From: Macrostomum lignano
Taxonomy: Eukaryota
Assembly (NCBI GenBank): GCA_002269645.1
Contig: NIVC01001223.1
Coordinates: forward strand, 1-64,000
Direction: 5' to 3'
DNA length: 64,000 bases
The notes below the pieces were generated by a model, which saw only the letters and a program-made list of their open reading frames with translations, was not told the origin of the DNA and ran no database searches. Shown piece after piece: positions 49,370 through 64,000 of the stretch. Position 1 is the first letter of the stretch. Each line of letters starts with the position of its first letter. A program made the translations under genes and the position numbers.

Positions 49370-49610
49370 AGTCTAGGGGAGCAGGCCTAATCTAGCTCAG
49401 CCAATGAGAGAGCAATAAGGAGAGAGGTCAGCCTAGGGGGCAGGCCCAATCTAGCTCAGCCAATGAGAGAGCAGTAAGGAGAGAGGTCAGCTTAGGTGGG
49501 CAGGCCCAATCTAGCTCAGCCAATGAGAGCGCAGTAAGGAGAGAGATCAGTCTAGGGGGGGCAGGCCCAATCTAGCTCAGCCAATGAGAGCGCAGTAAGG
49601 AGAGAGAGGC
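49370..49610. repeat. ~59-bp repeat, 4 copies, each with CAGCCAATGAG
   Basis: GCAGGCCCAATCTAGCTCAGCCAATGAGAGCGCAGTAAGGAGAGAG... Confidence 0.88.
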
Positions 49611-51121
49611 CAAAGTCAGACACTAGCGGGCAAAAGGAAAGCCAAACTGTTTACCCTTTCTCTCTTGCTCGCTATGCACACGCACTGGATTTGGGCTGTT
49701 TAAGTCTACCTCCAATTTTCGGTCATTAATTTCTTTTTAAATAATTTTAAAAAGAAATTCTATCGTCGATAAAACCGAATGAAGATGCTTGCAGAAAGCC
49801 AGTTATAAATTCAAAAAAAGTTTTTTAAGTGTAAAGGAGCTTGCGAGTTTTTTCAACCAATTTGCATCCTTGTTAACTGATGAAACTAATGGTGTGGGAA
49901 TTCCTCTTAAACAGTTATTTTTTTAATTTAGTCATTAAAATCACTGATTACCCGTTTTAAGCTGTTTAATTTTCAAATATTTTAAATGTCCTTTTTTGCA
50001 TCCTGCCAATACCAGATAATTTCTATCATTCATGCCTGCACGAATTTATAATTCTCTCTCTTTACCAGCAACAATACCTGTCATATAAAACCGCCTGTCC
50101 GCCACACCTGTTGTCCCGGTATATTATTCACTAAGCCAGGTGCATTTTTTCGTCCGCCTAAAGGAGTCTCAAATCCAATCGTGTACTTTTATCCTAGTTC
50201 TATTCGATGAACTGTTTGATTGGATGATTCACGTACTGGCCAGGCAAGTGCAACCCAGTTTGTGTTGCTGCTTTTTTTAAGTACGGCTTTTTAGTACTTT
50301 GTGCGGATCGGAACTGTCTGCTCAGTTATTTCCAATACCTATTGACTATAATCCCCTTTCCTGTTAGACCTCGTATCCCTAACTGTTGATAATACTCGTA
50401 GATCCCTATCCTGCTGGTTGCAATCCCCATCCCTGCTGTTGCAATCATTATCCCCGCTAGTTGCAATCCTTCATCCTTACTTTTTTAATCTGTTGGTCTC
50501 AAACGGTGACTACAGAGTACAGAGTGCTGTCCCATCTTTGCAGTTTTTAATACTGTGTCCACTGTATGGATCCTATTCTGCCCAGTCACGATTTGCTATG
50601 GCTCTCGTCCATCCATCGCCTCAATGATCTCTGTTCGCGCTAGTATTTTCGCCTTTTTTTATTGAAGATACAGTAATTTCATTTGCATGTGCAGTACATT
50701 ATATAAAATTTCAATCGATTAAATTTCTTATGACTATTGTACGCGCAAAGCACTAGATGATTGTACAGTGCAAAAATGAACAGTTGTATGCCGGCTGTGT
50801 ACTGTAAAACTAAATTGTTTAAATAGATTTTAATTTCACGTTTTTCTTTTTACATTTAATCTCAATCAACAGAGACAAAAACAAAACTCAATATTGCAAT
50901 TGTTGGCGTGAAAGAAGCGACTCACTCGATTCAAACTACTTTAAGTAGTCAGGATCGCGTGTTAAGATTGTGTAATTAAATAATTTCCGACCAAGAGCAG
51001 CGGATACCAATGCACCTGTTATATGTACAAAAACTGCTGAAATATCGATAGTGAAGAAAAAATATTTCCGAAACATAGACAGTTAATGATAACTTGGTAG
51101 TTAAGTGTTCTCGAGTGATCT

Positions 51122-51978
51122 TTACTTAGAATTGTACGTAGCGTGTCGCTGATTCATGGGATTCTCGGGCGACTTGTCCCAGCTCTTGTGCACCAGCTGC
51201 TTCAGCTGGCTGAGCCGCATGCCCGGTAGCTCCCGCTTCAGCCTGGCCAGTTCGCGCTCCTCATAAGCCGCGTAGGCGGCCCGCATTCGCCTCTCCGGGT
51301 GCCGGTCCGATCCGGCCTCGCCGCCGAGGACTTGCAGCGCCTCCTCGACTGTGCGCGCCTGCTCGCCGTCGATGGCCAGCCGGTTGACGTTCTCCTCCAG
51401 CTCCGGCTGCTCCACTACGCGAGTCTTGGCGCTGCCTCCTGCCGATGATGCGGCGGCGGCGGCCTCCCGTCGGGCTTCGATCTCGGCGCGGGTCACCTTC
51501 TCCGGCACCTCCTGCTTAGGTGTCGCGCTCTGCATCTCCTGGTCGTGCAGGGCGCGCAGTTCGGCTTTGCGCTCCATTTTTTCGTGCACCTGTGGACGGT
51601 GGGAATAGGGAAGGCTGTTTGAATTCCCTTAGCTACACGAGTGAGTGCTGACTCCTGAGCACCAAGTACCAATACTGGCACATAGGCAAGCACTCGTACA
51701 CACGCTCACACAGGGTGTACAGCTGCCCTGACTCAAATCGTCAGGCATGTACACTGTCTGTGCCGTGGGGGGTTGGCCTTCATCGCTGTGAGCCGTCTTA
51801 CCTTAGCTTCTTTCTCCGCTTTTCGCATCTGCTTCCGCGCCATTTGCTTGTCATCGTCGCGCCATTTCTCATTCTCTTCGGCTTCGGCCTTCTTCTGCCG
51901 CTCCTCCGCCTTCTGAGATTCTTTACGGGCGCGAGCAGCAGCCGCTTTGGTGTTTTCGCCTTGAAATTTCTTTGGCAT
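51122..51978 (-). CDS. CCDC124: Coiled-coil domain-containing protein 124 (Lso2-like ribosome hibernation factor), 2 exons
   Basis: Exons 51978-51802 (AAG|gtaaga) and 51589-51122 (cacag|GTG). Starts MPKKFQGENTKAAAARARK and ends HPERRMRAAY...RLSQLKQ...WDKSPENPMN. Confidence 0.95.
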
Positions 51979-52017
51979 CAATCGAAGAATGCTAGAAAAT
52001 GGGAGCATGAAGTCATT

Positions 52018-52656
52018 AACAATTCATTCTATACCTGCATTTGTGGGATAGATTAGCAATCCATTCTATACCTGCATTTGTGGGATAGATTAGCAATCCA
52101 TTCTATACCTGCATTTGTGGGATAGATTAGCAATCCATTCTATACCTGCATTTGTGGGATAGATTAGCAATCCATTCTATAACTGCATTTGTGGGATAGA
52201 TTAGCAATCCATTCTATACCTGCATTTGTGGGATAGATTAGCAATCCATTCTATACCTGCATTTGTGGGATAGATTAGAAATCCATTCTACACCTGCATT
52301 TGTGGGATAGATTAGCAATACATTCTATACCTGCATTTGTGGGATAGATTAGCAATCCATTCTACACCTGCATTTGTGGGATAGATTAGCAATCCATTCT
52401 ACACCTGCATTTGTGGGATAGATTAGCAATCCATTCTATACCTGCATTTGTGGGATAGATTAGCAATCCATTCTACACCTGCATTTGTGGGATAGATTAG
52501 CAATCCATTCTATACCTGCATTTGTGGGATAGATTAGCAATCCATTCTATACCTGCATTTGTGGGATAGATTAGCAATCCATTCTATACCTGCATTTGTG
52601 GGATAGATTAGCAATCCATTCTACACCTGCATTTGTGGGATAGATTAGCAATCCTT
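52018..52656. repeat. 37-bp minisatellite, ~17 copies, immediately upstream of CCDC124
   Basis: Unit TCCATTCTATACCTGCATTTGTGGGATAGATTAGCAA. Confidence 0.95.
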
Positions 52657-53286
52657 AATCATAGCAGATTCAAAGCCACTATTGCACAAACTAGTCCTTT
52701 TAAAAAAAGAAAGTCTAAAAGGCTTCTCTAAAAGTCTACACTTGACCTGTAATTTTAAAATAAGGCCCTGTAAATTATAAAAATACGTAACGTAGGTAAT
52801 TTGAGTTGAAAAAATCATAGTGCGCGCATGCCAACAATGTACAGCAAATGACAGCGTTCAGAACACCAGGAATACGGAGTTGGATAACCGATTCAAATAG
52901 CAGAAATGGCTAAAAAGATACGTTTTAGAGGGGAAATATACAGTAGTTGTAATATTAGTTAATTAATATAATAAAAATTGCAAAGACCCTGGCTAACATG
53001 TACACACAGATTTTGTACAATATTACCGGTATTTAATTGAATATTACTACCTAGTAGTAAATGCGGTTTTAGCTGCCGCAGTTTACAATTAATTGACGCA
53101 AATTGTTAACAAACGGAAAAATATATAAAACCACTGGGAAAAGTGCATAGATAAAAGTACACAAACAGAAAATAGCTACTCTTTGCATAACAAAGATTGC
53201 AGCTGTTAAATGTTTAATAAACACATTTAGGGTGGGAGGGGGGGGGGTTAAAACACACCCGGCTGACAGACACTCCCGCACTCCGG

Positions 53287-53903
53287 TCACTCGGCGGCGG
53301 CGGCGGCCAGGCTGGGGTCAAGCGCCGCGCCGGGCCATTGAATCTGCGCCTGCATCAGCGCCTCCTGGATCTCCTTGACGCAGCGCACCCGATTTAGCCA
53401 GCGCTGCAGCTCGGTGGCTGGCAGGCCAACCAGCTGGCTGCCGGGGTCCTCAGAGCCGCCGCTGTACCACACGGCGTCTTCTGGGCCGGCGCGCCTGTCG
53501 GAGTGAAAAAAAAGTACACGATAAACTTTATAATAATGTGTGGAAATTAAGTAACAGATTAGCATTATAATTTGGAGCACTTATATTATATATTATAGAT
53601 TACTACATATATAGTAATTTAGTATAGGTTTTGTAGGTTTTTTAAGGTCAGGGGTTCGATTCTGGACCCACTCGGAACAATTTATTTTCTTGAGTAAGAC
53701 AACTCTGCACTACTTCAGTTCAGCCAGCTGTAAAATGGGTGCCAGGATTAGCTGGAGTAATTGAGGGTGCGTGTGGCGACCCCCCAGTCCTTGGACTGAA
53801 CAGCCTTGGACTCAGTTGCGGCTGAGCTGTCGGCTGCACCTCTGGCCCAATTTAGGGCAGGTGTAAACAATTTAATCATTAATTTAACTAGTAGTAGTAG
53901 TAA

Positions 53904-53950
<47 letters not shown>

Positions 53951-54170
53951 TTTGTAGTAGTAGAGGTAGTAGAAGTAGTAAGTAGTAGCAGTAGTAGTAG
54001 TAGTAAGTAGTAGTAGTAAGTAGTAGTAGTAGTAGAAGTAGTAAGTAGTAGCAGTAGTAGAAGTAGTAGTAGAAGTAGTAGTAGCAGTAGTAGTAGTAGT
54101 AGTAGTAGAAGTAGTAAGTAGTAGTAGTAGTAGTAGAGGTAGTAGAAGTAGTAGCAGTAGTAGTAGTAGT

Positions 54171-54232
<62 letters not shown>

Positions 54233-55844
54233 AGTAGTAGCAGTAGTAGTAGTAAGTAGTAGAAGTAGTAAGTAGTAGTAGTAGCAGTAGTAGTAGTAGT
54301 AGTAGCAGTAGCAGCAGCACTCACCTGTCAGTAGGCAGGTAAAAGGGTTCGTCGCGCCCAGTAAGCAGGGGCCGCTTAGCCAAGTAGACCTGGAACAGAC
54401 GAACCGGACACCTGGTGGGATCGGCCAGCTCGCCCAGCTCGTAGGTGATGCCAACAGCGTAGCCGGACCGGGGCGTGAAACGAAGAACGGCGCCGGCGCC
54501 GCCAGACGCCGGCGAGGCCAGAGCGAACTGGCCCATGGTGAGCTCGGCGTGCTCCTGCACGGTGTGCAGGCCGACATAGCGGGTGAGAATGTAGAACAGG
54601 GAGAAGATCAGCGAGTCGGGGCTGTGACAGCCGAGCTGGCGGCACTCCCACAGGTGCTGCTCTTCGATACGGCAGACCAGAGTGCCGTCCTCGGTGACCC
54701 GAGCCGAGTACCGGTCCAGCACAGAGTCCAGCGCGGCGGCGAACTCAGCGAATGCCGGATCGCAGAAGATGTTCTCCTCCCTAGCCCGCTCGATAGCCAG
54801 GTGGCCCTGCAGGCCCAGGCACAGGTAATAGACTGAATCGGCCGCGTATTCTTCACCGCTCGGCTTGCGAACTTCGCGCACAAACCTGGCCAGCGCGTCG
54901 GCTAAGGCGGAGGCCGGGGTCAAGTCGGCCGGGTCGGCGGGCGGCCCGGCGGTTCCCTCATCGCCAACCGAGCGGCTCCAGTTCTTCCAGGCCGTCAGGC
55001 CGTAGGAGAACTTTAGGCTGAGCTGCTGCTGCTGCTGACGGACCGGCCGTCTGGCCAGGGCCACCAAGCTGGCGGCGTCGTCGGCCAGACGGCGCTGAAT
55101 CTCTACGAAGGAGGCGACGTCGTTGACCGCTGCGGCGGCCGAGGCCATCGAAGCGGTTTGGCTAGCAGCCGATGCTGGAGTCTGAAGCGCCAGATGAGGC
55201 GGCTGTTCGGGATCTGGCGACTCCAGTAGCAGGAACACGGGTATAGGCACCGGGATCGGGACGAACACCGGGACGGGCACCGGGTCCGGGGGCAGCGGCG
55301 CGGGCGCCGGGAAGTACAGCGGCAGCGGGCAGGGCAGCAGGCCTTTTGAGCCGTCACCGTACAGCGCCGCGTCCGGGTTGACGGCTGCCTGGACGCCGGC
55401 GTCCGAGAGTGTTGGTGCCGCCTGCAATCGGCGACTGACTGGCGAAGGCTGGCACTGCGTGATTTTGTTTCGCAATGGCAGCGGCGCTACAGGCTGAATA
55501 ATGGCGTGCTGCTCAATGGCCAGCTGGCGGATCATCTCAATTGGCACCGTCGGGAACGTCGACGATCGGCTGCCGGTGCTCGAGCGCTGACTGGATCGCT
55601 GATTCGGCGCTGGAGCCGGCTGCTCCTGGCCGGCTGTCGAGGTCTCCGCCTCGCCGCCGCCACCTCCTACGCCGTTCACGCTGGCCAGCATGGACTCCTC
55701 GGTGACAACAGCAGCGTCGCCTCCAGCCGTTGCCGCCGCAGCCGCCTGCTCTTGCTGACGCTGGCGCTGAGGGGAGAACACAACTCGAACACTGTCCGAT
55801 GACATGCCTTTGTCACGCTGTGCATCAATTGTGAGTGACGTCAT
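53287..55844 (-). CDS. WOC/ZMYM2-4-like protein with DUF3504 (Crypton tyrosine-recombinase-derived) domain, lacking MYM zinc fingers (575 aa)
   Basis: Exons 55844-54325 (AG|gtgagt) and 53494-53287 (gacag|G). Carries the PVPVPVFVPIPVPIPVF motif and the DUF3504 pattern KFSYGLTAWKNW...LARFVREVRKPSGEEYAADSVYYLCLGLQ...IEEQHLWECRQLGCHSP...PFYL...WY...NRVRCVKEI. Confidence 0.88.
53644..53870 (+). mobile_element. tRNA-derived SINE, family A, copy 4 (5' truncated), followed by (TAG)n
   Basis: Begins at the B box GGGGTTCGATTC and keeps the same core and tail. Confidence 0.8.
53888..54318. repeat. Interrupted (TAG)n microsatellite
   Basis: Direct reading; follows the tail of SINE copy 4. Confidence 0.95.
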
Positions 55845-56333
55845 AATGAGAGTTAACCTAGGCTAAACGGATGCCACGGTGGAAGGAATCGAACCCGGGA
55901 CCTAATTTGCCAACCTGAAAAAATAACTAGACAAGAAGAAACTAGGCATTTTCGAAACGCACTTTAAGTTTGTATATTTTCGAGCACAGACTCAAAGCAG
56001 CTGCTTAATGGACGCGGGAGGAAAACCTAAGATTTTTATATTATGAATAAAAGCCGCTGTTAACTAGCAGGCTTGCTTTAATGTACACAGCATAAGATTA
56101 TGGGTTTACAGTAGTCGAACTTCGAGCAACGCGTAAAAAATAATAATTAACGATAGTATAACTATGAATGACTAACTATAGAAACTAGTACAGCGAACAG
56201 ATAAAATAATAAACAGTCATTAATTCACCGGCCGTCAGGATGTAATTAGACAGAATAAAAAAATAAACAGCTCGCTTGCAAAATATTAATGCATGATTTT
56301 ATATTGTTTTAAGATGCGCGATTAACACTTGTT

Positions 56334-59279
<2,946 letters not shown>

Positions 59280-59400
59280 TCAAGTGTTGATATAATTTTA
59301 ACAACAATTTGTTTTTCTGGTTTGGTTTCCACTGTACACGATGATGCCCAAGACGTAAAATAGGTAAAATAGGAGAGTAGCTTTCATTTTTCATTCTAAA

Positions 59401-60130
59401 TGACTCTGGAGAGACTCCAGCGACTCTGGAGAGACTCTAGCGGCTCTGGAGAGACTCTAGCGACTCTGGAGAGACTCTAGCGACTCTGGAGAGACTCTAG
59501 CGACTCTGAGGAGACTCTAGCGACTCTGGAGAGACTCTAGTGACTGTGAGGAGACTCTAGTGACTGTGGGGAGACTCTAGTGACAGTGGGGAAACTTTAG
59601 TGACTCTGGGGCGACTCTTAGTGACTGTGGGGAGACTCTTAGTGACTGTGGGGAGACTCTAGTGACTGTGGGGAGACTCTAGTGACTGTGGGGAGACTCT
59701 AGTGACAGTGGGGAGACTCTAGTGACTGTGGGGAAACTCTAGTGACTCTGGGGCGACTCTTAGTGACTGTGGGGAGACTCTAGTGACTGTGGGGAGACTC
59801 TAGTGACTCTGGGGCGACTTTAGTGACTGTGGGGAGACTCTAGTGACTGTGGGGAGACTCTAGTGACTCTGGGGCGACTTTAGTGACTGTGGGGAGACTC
59901 TAGTGACTGTGGGGAGACTTTAGTGACTGTGGGGAGACTTTAGTGACTGTGGGGAGACTCTAGTGACCCTGGGGAGACATCTAGTGACCCTGGGGCTTCT
60001 CTGGTGACTCTGGGGAGACACTAGTGACTTTGGGGAGACACGAGTGACTCTGGGGAGACATCTAGTGACCCTGGGGCTTCTCTAGTGACTCTGGGAGACA
60101 CTAGTGACTTTGGGGAGACACGAGTGACTC
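59401..60130. repeat. 20-21-bp minisatellite with a distal inverted copy at ~60345-60375
   Basis: Unit GAGACTCTAGTGACTGTGGG, with sequence drifting along the array. Confidence 0.92.
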
Positions 60131-61065
60131 TACAGCGCTTTTATAATGACTATGGGCCATAGAGTCGTATCTGAGGCGTACTATAGTAGATGCAGAATTA
60201 CCGAGTTGCGTCTAAAGCGCATCTGCGCCATTTTATGAATTCGAAACGCATTTCGTATTTATAACAACTATCATGATCAGTCTACGTGACTCAACAGTCG
60301 CCTCTCCATCGGATTGCAGTCGGTTGAGTCGTTAAAAAGTCGCAAGAGTCGCTCCAGAGCCGCTAGGGTCACTAGTGGGTGGTTTGCAATGACTCTTTAG
60401 CAATTCTTGTCACGGTAACTTTTCAAAACTTATCATTGGTAGCTTGCCATTTCCGACTTTTAAACCCAAATAAATAAGGATTCCCTGTTTCTAATCTGTT
60501 TACTACATTATATTAAGAGAATTATTAAATAACAGCAAAGAGAAATGTAGGCAAATAATAATAGTTATAACGGACATACATTTCAGAATGTTTGCATGTC
60601 TTTTGTGTTTTGTTTGTTCACAAAAAATATTAAGCAGCCAGCAGCAAGCAACAGAAGAAAACTGGGGGAAGGGCTCAGGGGATTTGGGTAGCGAGAGTTT
60701 TCATATCAGATTGAATAAAATAACAGGGGTCACTGGGCCCAGTGGCCTATTAGACAAATTGCTGGATAGTTAATGAATGCTGATAAAGGAAAACACAGTA
60801 CACTGTGAACTTTGAATAAACTATTTAGGTATAGTTTGCCAGCGACTTATTATAGTACTAAAAAAATCCTAAAGTTACACAGACCTAATACTCTATACTC
60901 TATAAGAGAAAAACCTGTTGCTAACCCATTGCATTATAAACACATCCTGCTCAATTGAGTCGAAAAGTGCCCCACTGGCACTGGTTAAATTATTTTTTAG
61001 TTTAGTCATAAAAGATATCATTTAAAGAGCAAAAACGATAAATCAGGCAATCGGCAATCATCTCT

Positions 61066-63268
61066 TTAGGCATAATAGTTCAGGCTATTCTTCTTCTTAG
61101 CCTGAACCTCCAATATGGCGTCCATGTAGTCCTCGTGTGAGACCGTGGTAGCGCCGCGTCTCAGCGCCAGCATTCCGGCCTCAACGCAGACCGCCTTGCA
61201 CTGGGCCCCGTTGAAGTCGTCTGTACACCTGGCCAGCTCGTCGAAATTCACATCCGGCCGGACGTTCATCTTGCGCGAATGAATCTGCATAATACGGGCT
61301 CGGGCCTCCTCGTTTGGGGCGGGGAATTCGATTTTGCGATCGAGCCGACCCGAACGGAGCAGGGCGGGATCGAGGATGTCGACGCGATTAGTGGCGGCAA
61401 TCACTTTGATCTCCATATTCGGCTGGAAGCCGTCCAGCTGGTTGAGCAGCTCCAGCATGGTGCGTTGTACCTCGCGATCGCCGGACTTCTCCGAGTCGAA
61501 TCGTTTCGTACCGATGGCGTCCAGTTCGTCAATGAAGATGATGGCCGGCGCCTTCTCTTTGGCCAGGGAGAAGGCGTCACGGACCAGCTTGGAACCGTCA
61601 CCGATGAACATCTGCACCAGCTGGGGACCGGCCAGCTTTAGAAATGTGCTTTTGGTCTGCGCTGCGCAGGCTCGGGCTAGCAGAGTCTTGCCTGGGGGTG
61701 GCGGGGTTCGGATACTGGTGATCTGGGATCTATAGATACTGATGGGTGAGCTGGGATCTGTAGATACTGATGGGTGAGCTGGGATCTGTAGATACTGATG
61801 GGTGATCTGGGATCTACAGATACTGATGGGTGAGCTGGGATCTATAGATACTGATGGGTGAGCTGGGATCTATAGATACTGATGGGTGAGCTGGGATCTA
61901 CAGATACTGATGGGTGAGCTGGGATCTGTAGATACTGATGGGTGATCTGGGATCTACAGATACTGATGGGTGAGCTGGGATCTATAGATACTGATGGGTG
62001 AGCTGGGATCTATAGATACTGATGGGTGATCTGGGATCTACAGATACTGATGGGTGATCTGGGATCTACAGATACTGATGGGTGATCTGGGATCTACAGA
62101 TACTGATGGGTGATCTGGGATCTGTAGATACTGATGGGTAAGCTGGGATCTATAGATACTGATGGGTGATCTGGGATCTATAGATACTGATGGGTGATCT
62201 GGGATCTACAGATACTGATGGGTGATCTGGGATCTACAGATACTGATGGGTGATCTGGGATCTACAGATACTGATGGGTGAGCTGGGATCTATAGATACT
62301 GATGGGTGATCTGGGATCTACAGATACTGATGGGTGATCTGGGATCTACAGATACTGATGGGTGAGCTGGGATCTACAGATACTGATGGGTGAGCTGGGA
62401 TCTACAGATACTGATGGGGGAGCTGGGATCTACAGATACTGATGGGTGAGCTAGGATCTACAGATACTGATGGGGGAGCTGGGATCTGTAGATACTGATG
62501 GGTGATCTGGGATCTACAGATACTGATGGGTGATCTGGGATCTACAGATACTGATGGGTGAGCTGGGATCTACAGATACTGATGGGTGATCTGGGATCTA
62601 CAGATACTGATGGGTGATCTGGGATCTGTAGATACTGATCGGTGAGCTGGGATCTGTAGATACTGATGGGTGAGCTGGTATCTGTTGAGACTAGCTGTGA
62701 TGATTTGGAATCTGTAGGGATTAATGGAGATTATCGAGAATCTCATTCTAAATTAAAAAAACTATCTTAAAATGCAAAAAGCTACATTTACCAGTGCCAG
62801 GAGGTCCATAGAGCAAGACACCCTTCGGCGGCTGAATCCCAATCGACTTAAATCGCTCCTTGTGTGTCATTGGCAACACAACAGCCTCGATTAGTTCCTA
62901 AAAAATAGTACAATTCGTATTGATGACAGCTGAAGGAATTAACAGTTGAACTGCCGTGACTTCCCGTTCAGTCTCTACAGTTCGGTGCGCGCAAGGGTTC
63001 AAGACTCAAGTCATTGTCTAGTTCTGAGCCTGGCTATCAAGCTTTGCAGCAGTTCCCATCTATAAAGCATTAATTAGTTATGCCTACCAGTTTGGTTGCC
63101 TGTCTTAGCATTTAGTGTCTGTGTCCGTCTGCGCATCTGTCTGTGCGTCTGTGTCTGTCTGTCTGTATCTGCCTGCCTGCCTGACTGTCTGTCTGTGTGT
63201 CTATATTTGCCTGTCTGTCTGTTTGCTTGTGTGCGTGTCTGTGTCTGTCTGTCTCTGCCTGCTTGCCG

Positions 63269-63317
<49 letters not shown>

Positions 63318-63965
63318 TGTATCTGCCTGTATCTGCTTGTCTGTTTGTGTGCGTGTCTGTCTCTGTATCTGTCTGTCTGTATCTGCCTGTCTGCCTGTCT
63401 GCCTGTTTGTCTGTCTGTCTGTCTGTTGAAATATACAGCTGCTTAAACAATAGTATACCTGAATTTGCTTATCCAGACCGCCGATATCGCTGTACTGTTC
63501 AGTTGGTCTCTCGTCCACCTCCATCGCCTTGACCCTAGAGTCGTACTCAGCCGGCAGCTTCTCCAAGATAAGGAATGAATCCTTGTTAACGCCAACCAGA
63601 TCGGCTGGTTTCAGTTCCTCCGGCGGCACTAGACCGATAACGGGCAGGAAATAAGTCTGCCTAGTGCTAGTTTTAATCACGGCCGATTTGCCCTTGCGCT
63701 GCGAGTCCAAGTCAACATTGGCGCCGTCGGCCTCTTCGGCAGCGTCAATGTCCAGCAGTTCAATTACGTTGGACACTAAATAGGGCAGCTGTTTGTTTAC
63801 TTTAATTTTTTCGGCATTCTCTTTGATCTTTTCCTTCTGAGCGCTGGTCTCGTGGCTAACCCTAGTCAACTCGGAGCGCATAATTCGTATTTCATTGTCT
63901 AGTAGCCGAGTTCGACGAACTATTTCGTCATTCGACATGCGCAGCACCTCGTCGCCAAGGTTGTC
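61066..63965 (-). CDS. PSMC3: 26S proteasome regulatory ATPase subunit 6A (Rpt5), 5' partial (first exon lies beyond the window)
   Basis: Exons 63965-63459, 62897-62792 and 61691-61066 are phase-compatible. Contains [17 protein letters not shown], Walker A GPPGTGKT, Walker [23 protein letters not shown] and C-terminal NYYA. Confidence 0.97.
61715..62685. repeat. 28-bp minisatellite, ~34 copies, in a PSMC3 intron
   Basis: Unit GATACTGATGGGTGAKCTGGGATCTAYA. Confidence 0.95.
63110..63425. repeat. (TG)n / (CTGT)n simple repeat in a PSMC3 intron
   Basis: Direct reading. Confidence 0.93.
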
Positions 63966-64000
63966 CTGTCCAGGGATTAAATATGGGCAGTCATTTTTGG

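Overview
Eukaryotic (metazoan) nuclear DNA with GC-rich exons, GT-AG introns, the standard code and TTAGGG remnants. Almost every long intron or intergenic gap holds its own private minisatellite. This architecture and the gene set best fit a free-living flatworm such as Macrostomum lignano (inference, not verified). Splice models were built by hand and checked for phase. Minus strand: a 4-exon orphan gene for a probably secreted, strongly cationic protein (1.4-5.1 kb); a very large NACHT+WD40 (NWD2-like) STAND gene of up to 10 exons and ~2640 aa, with a ~980-aa disordered N-terminal extension (7.0-26.2 kb); an intronless ELAV/Hu gene; and a co-oriented run of PSMC3 (5' partial), RBBP4, a zinc-finger-less WOC/ZMYM-like DUF3504 gene and CCDC124, which looks operon-like. 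Plus strand: a divergent rhodopsin-class GPCR head-to-head with ELAV, and LAMTOR1. Non-coding content: four copies of a tRNA-derived SINE, a second tRNA-headed element sharing a ~100-bp hairpin with the CCDC124 intron, foldback MITEs, about 20 tandem arrays (including ~58 tandem TGACTCAGCA sites and a perfect 1.66-kb (CTAT)n), and a 3-kb strongly CpG-depleted relic. No CRISPR array, rRNA or intact tRNA was found. No database searches were run; family calls rest on recognised motifs.
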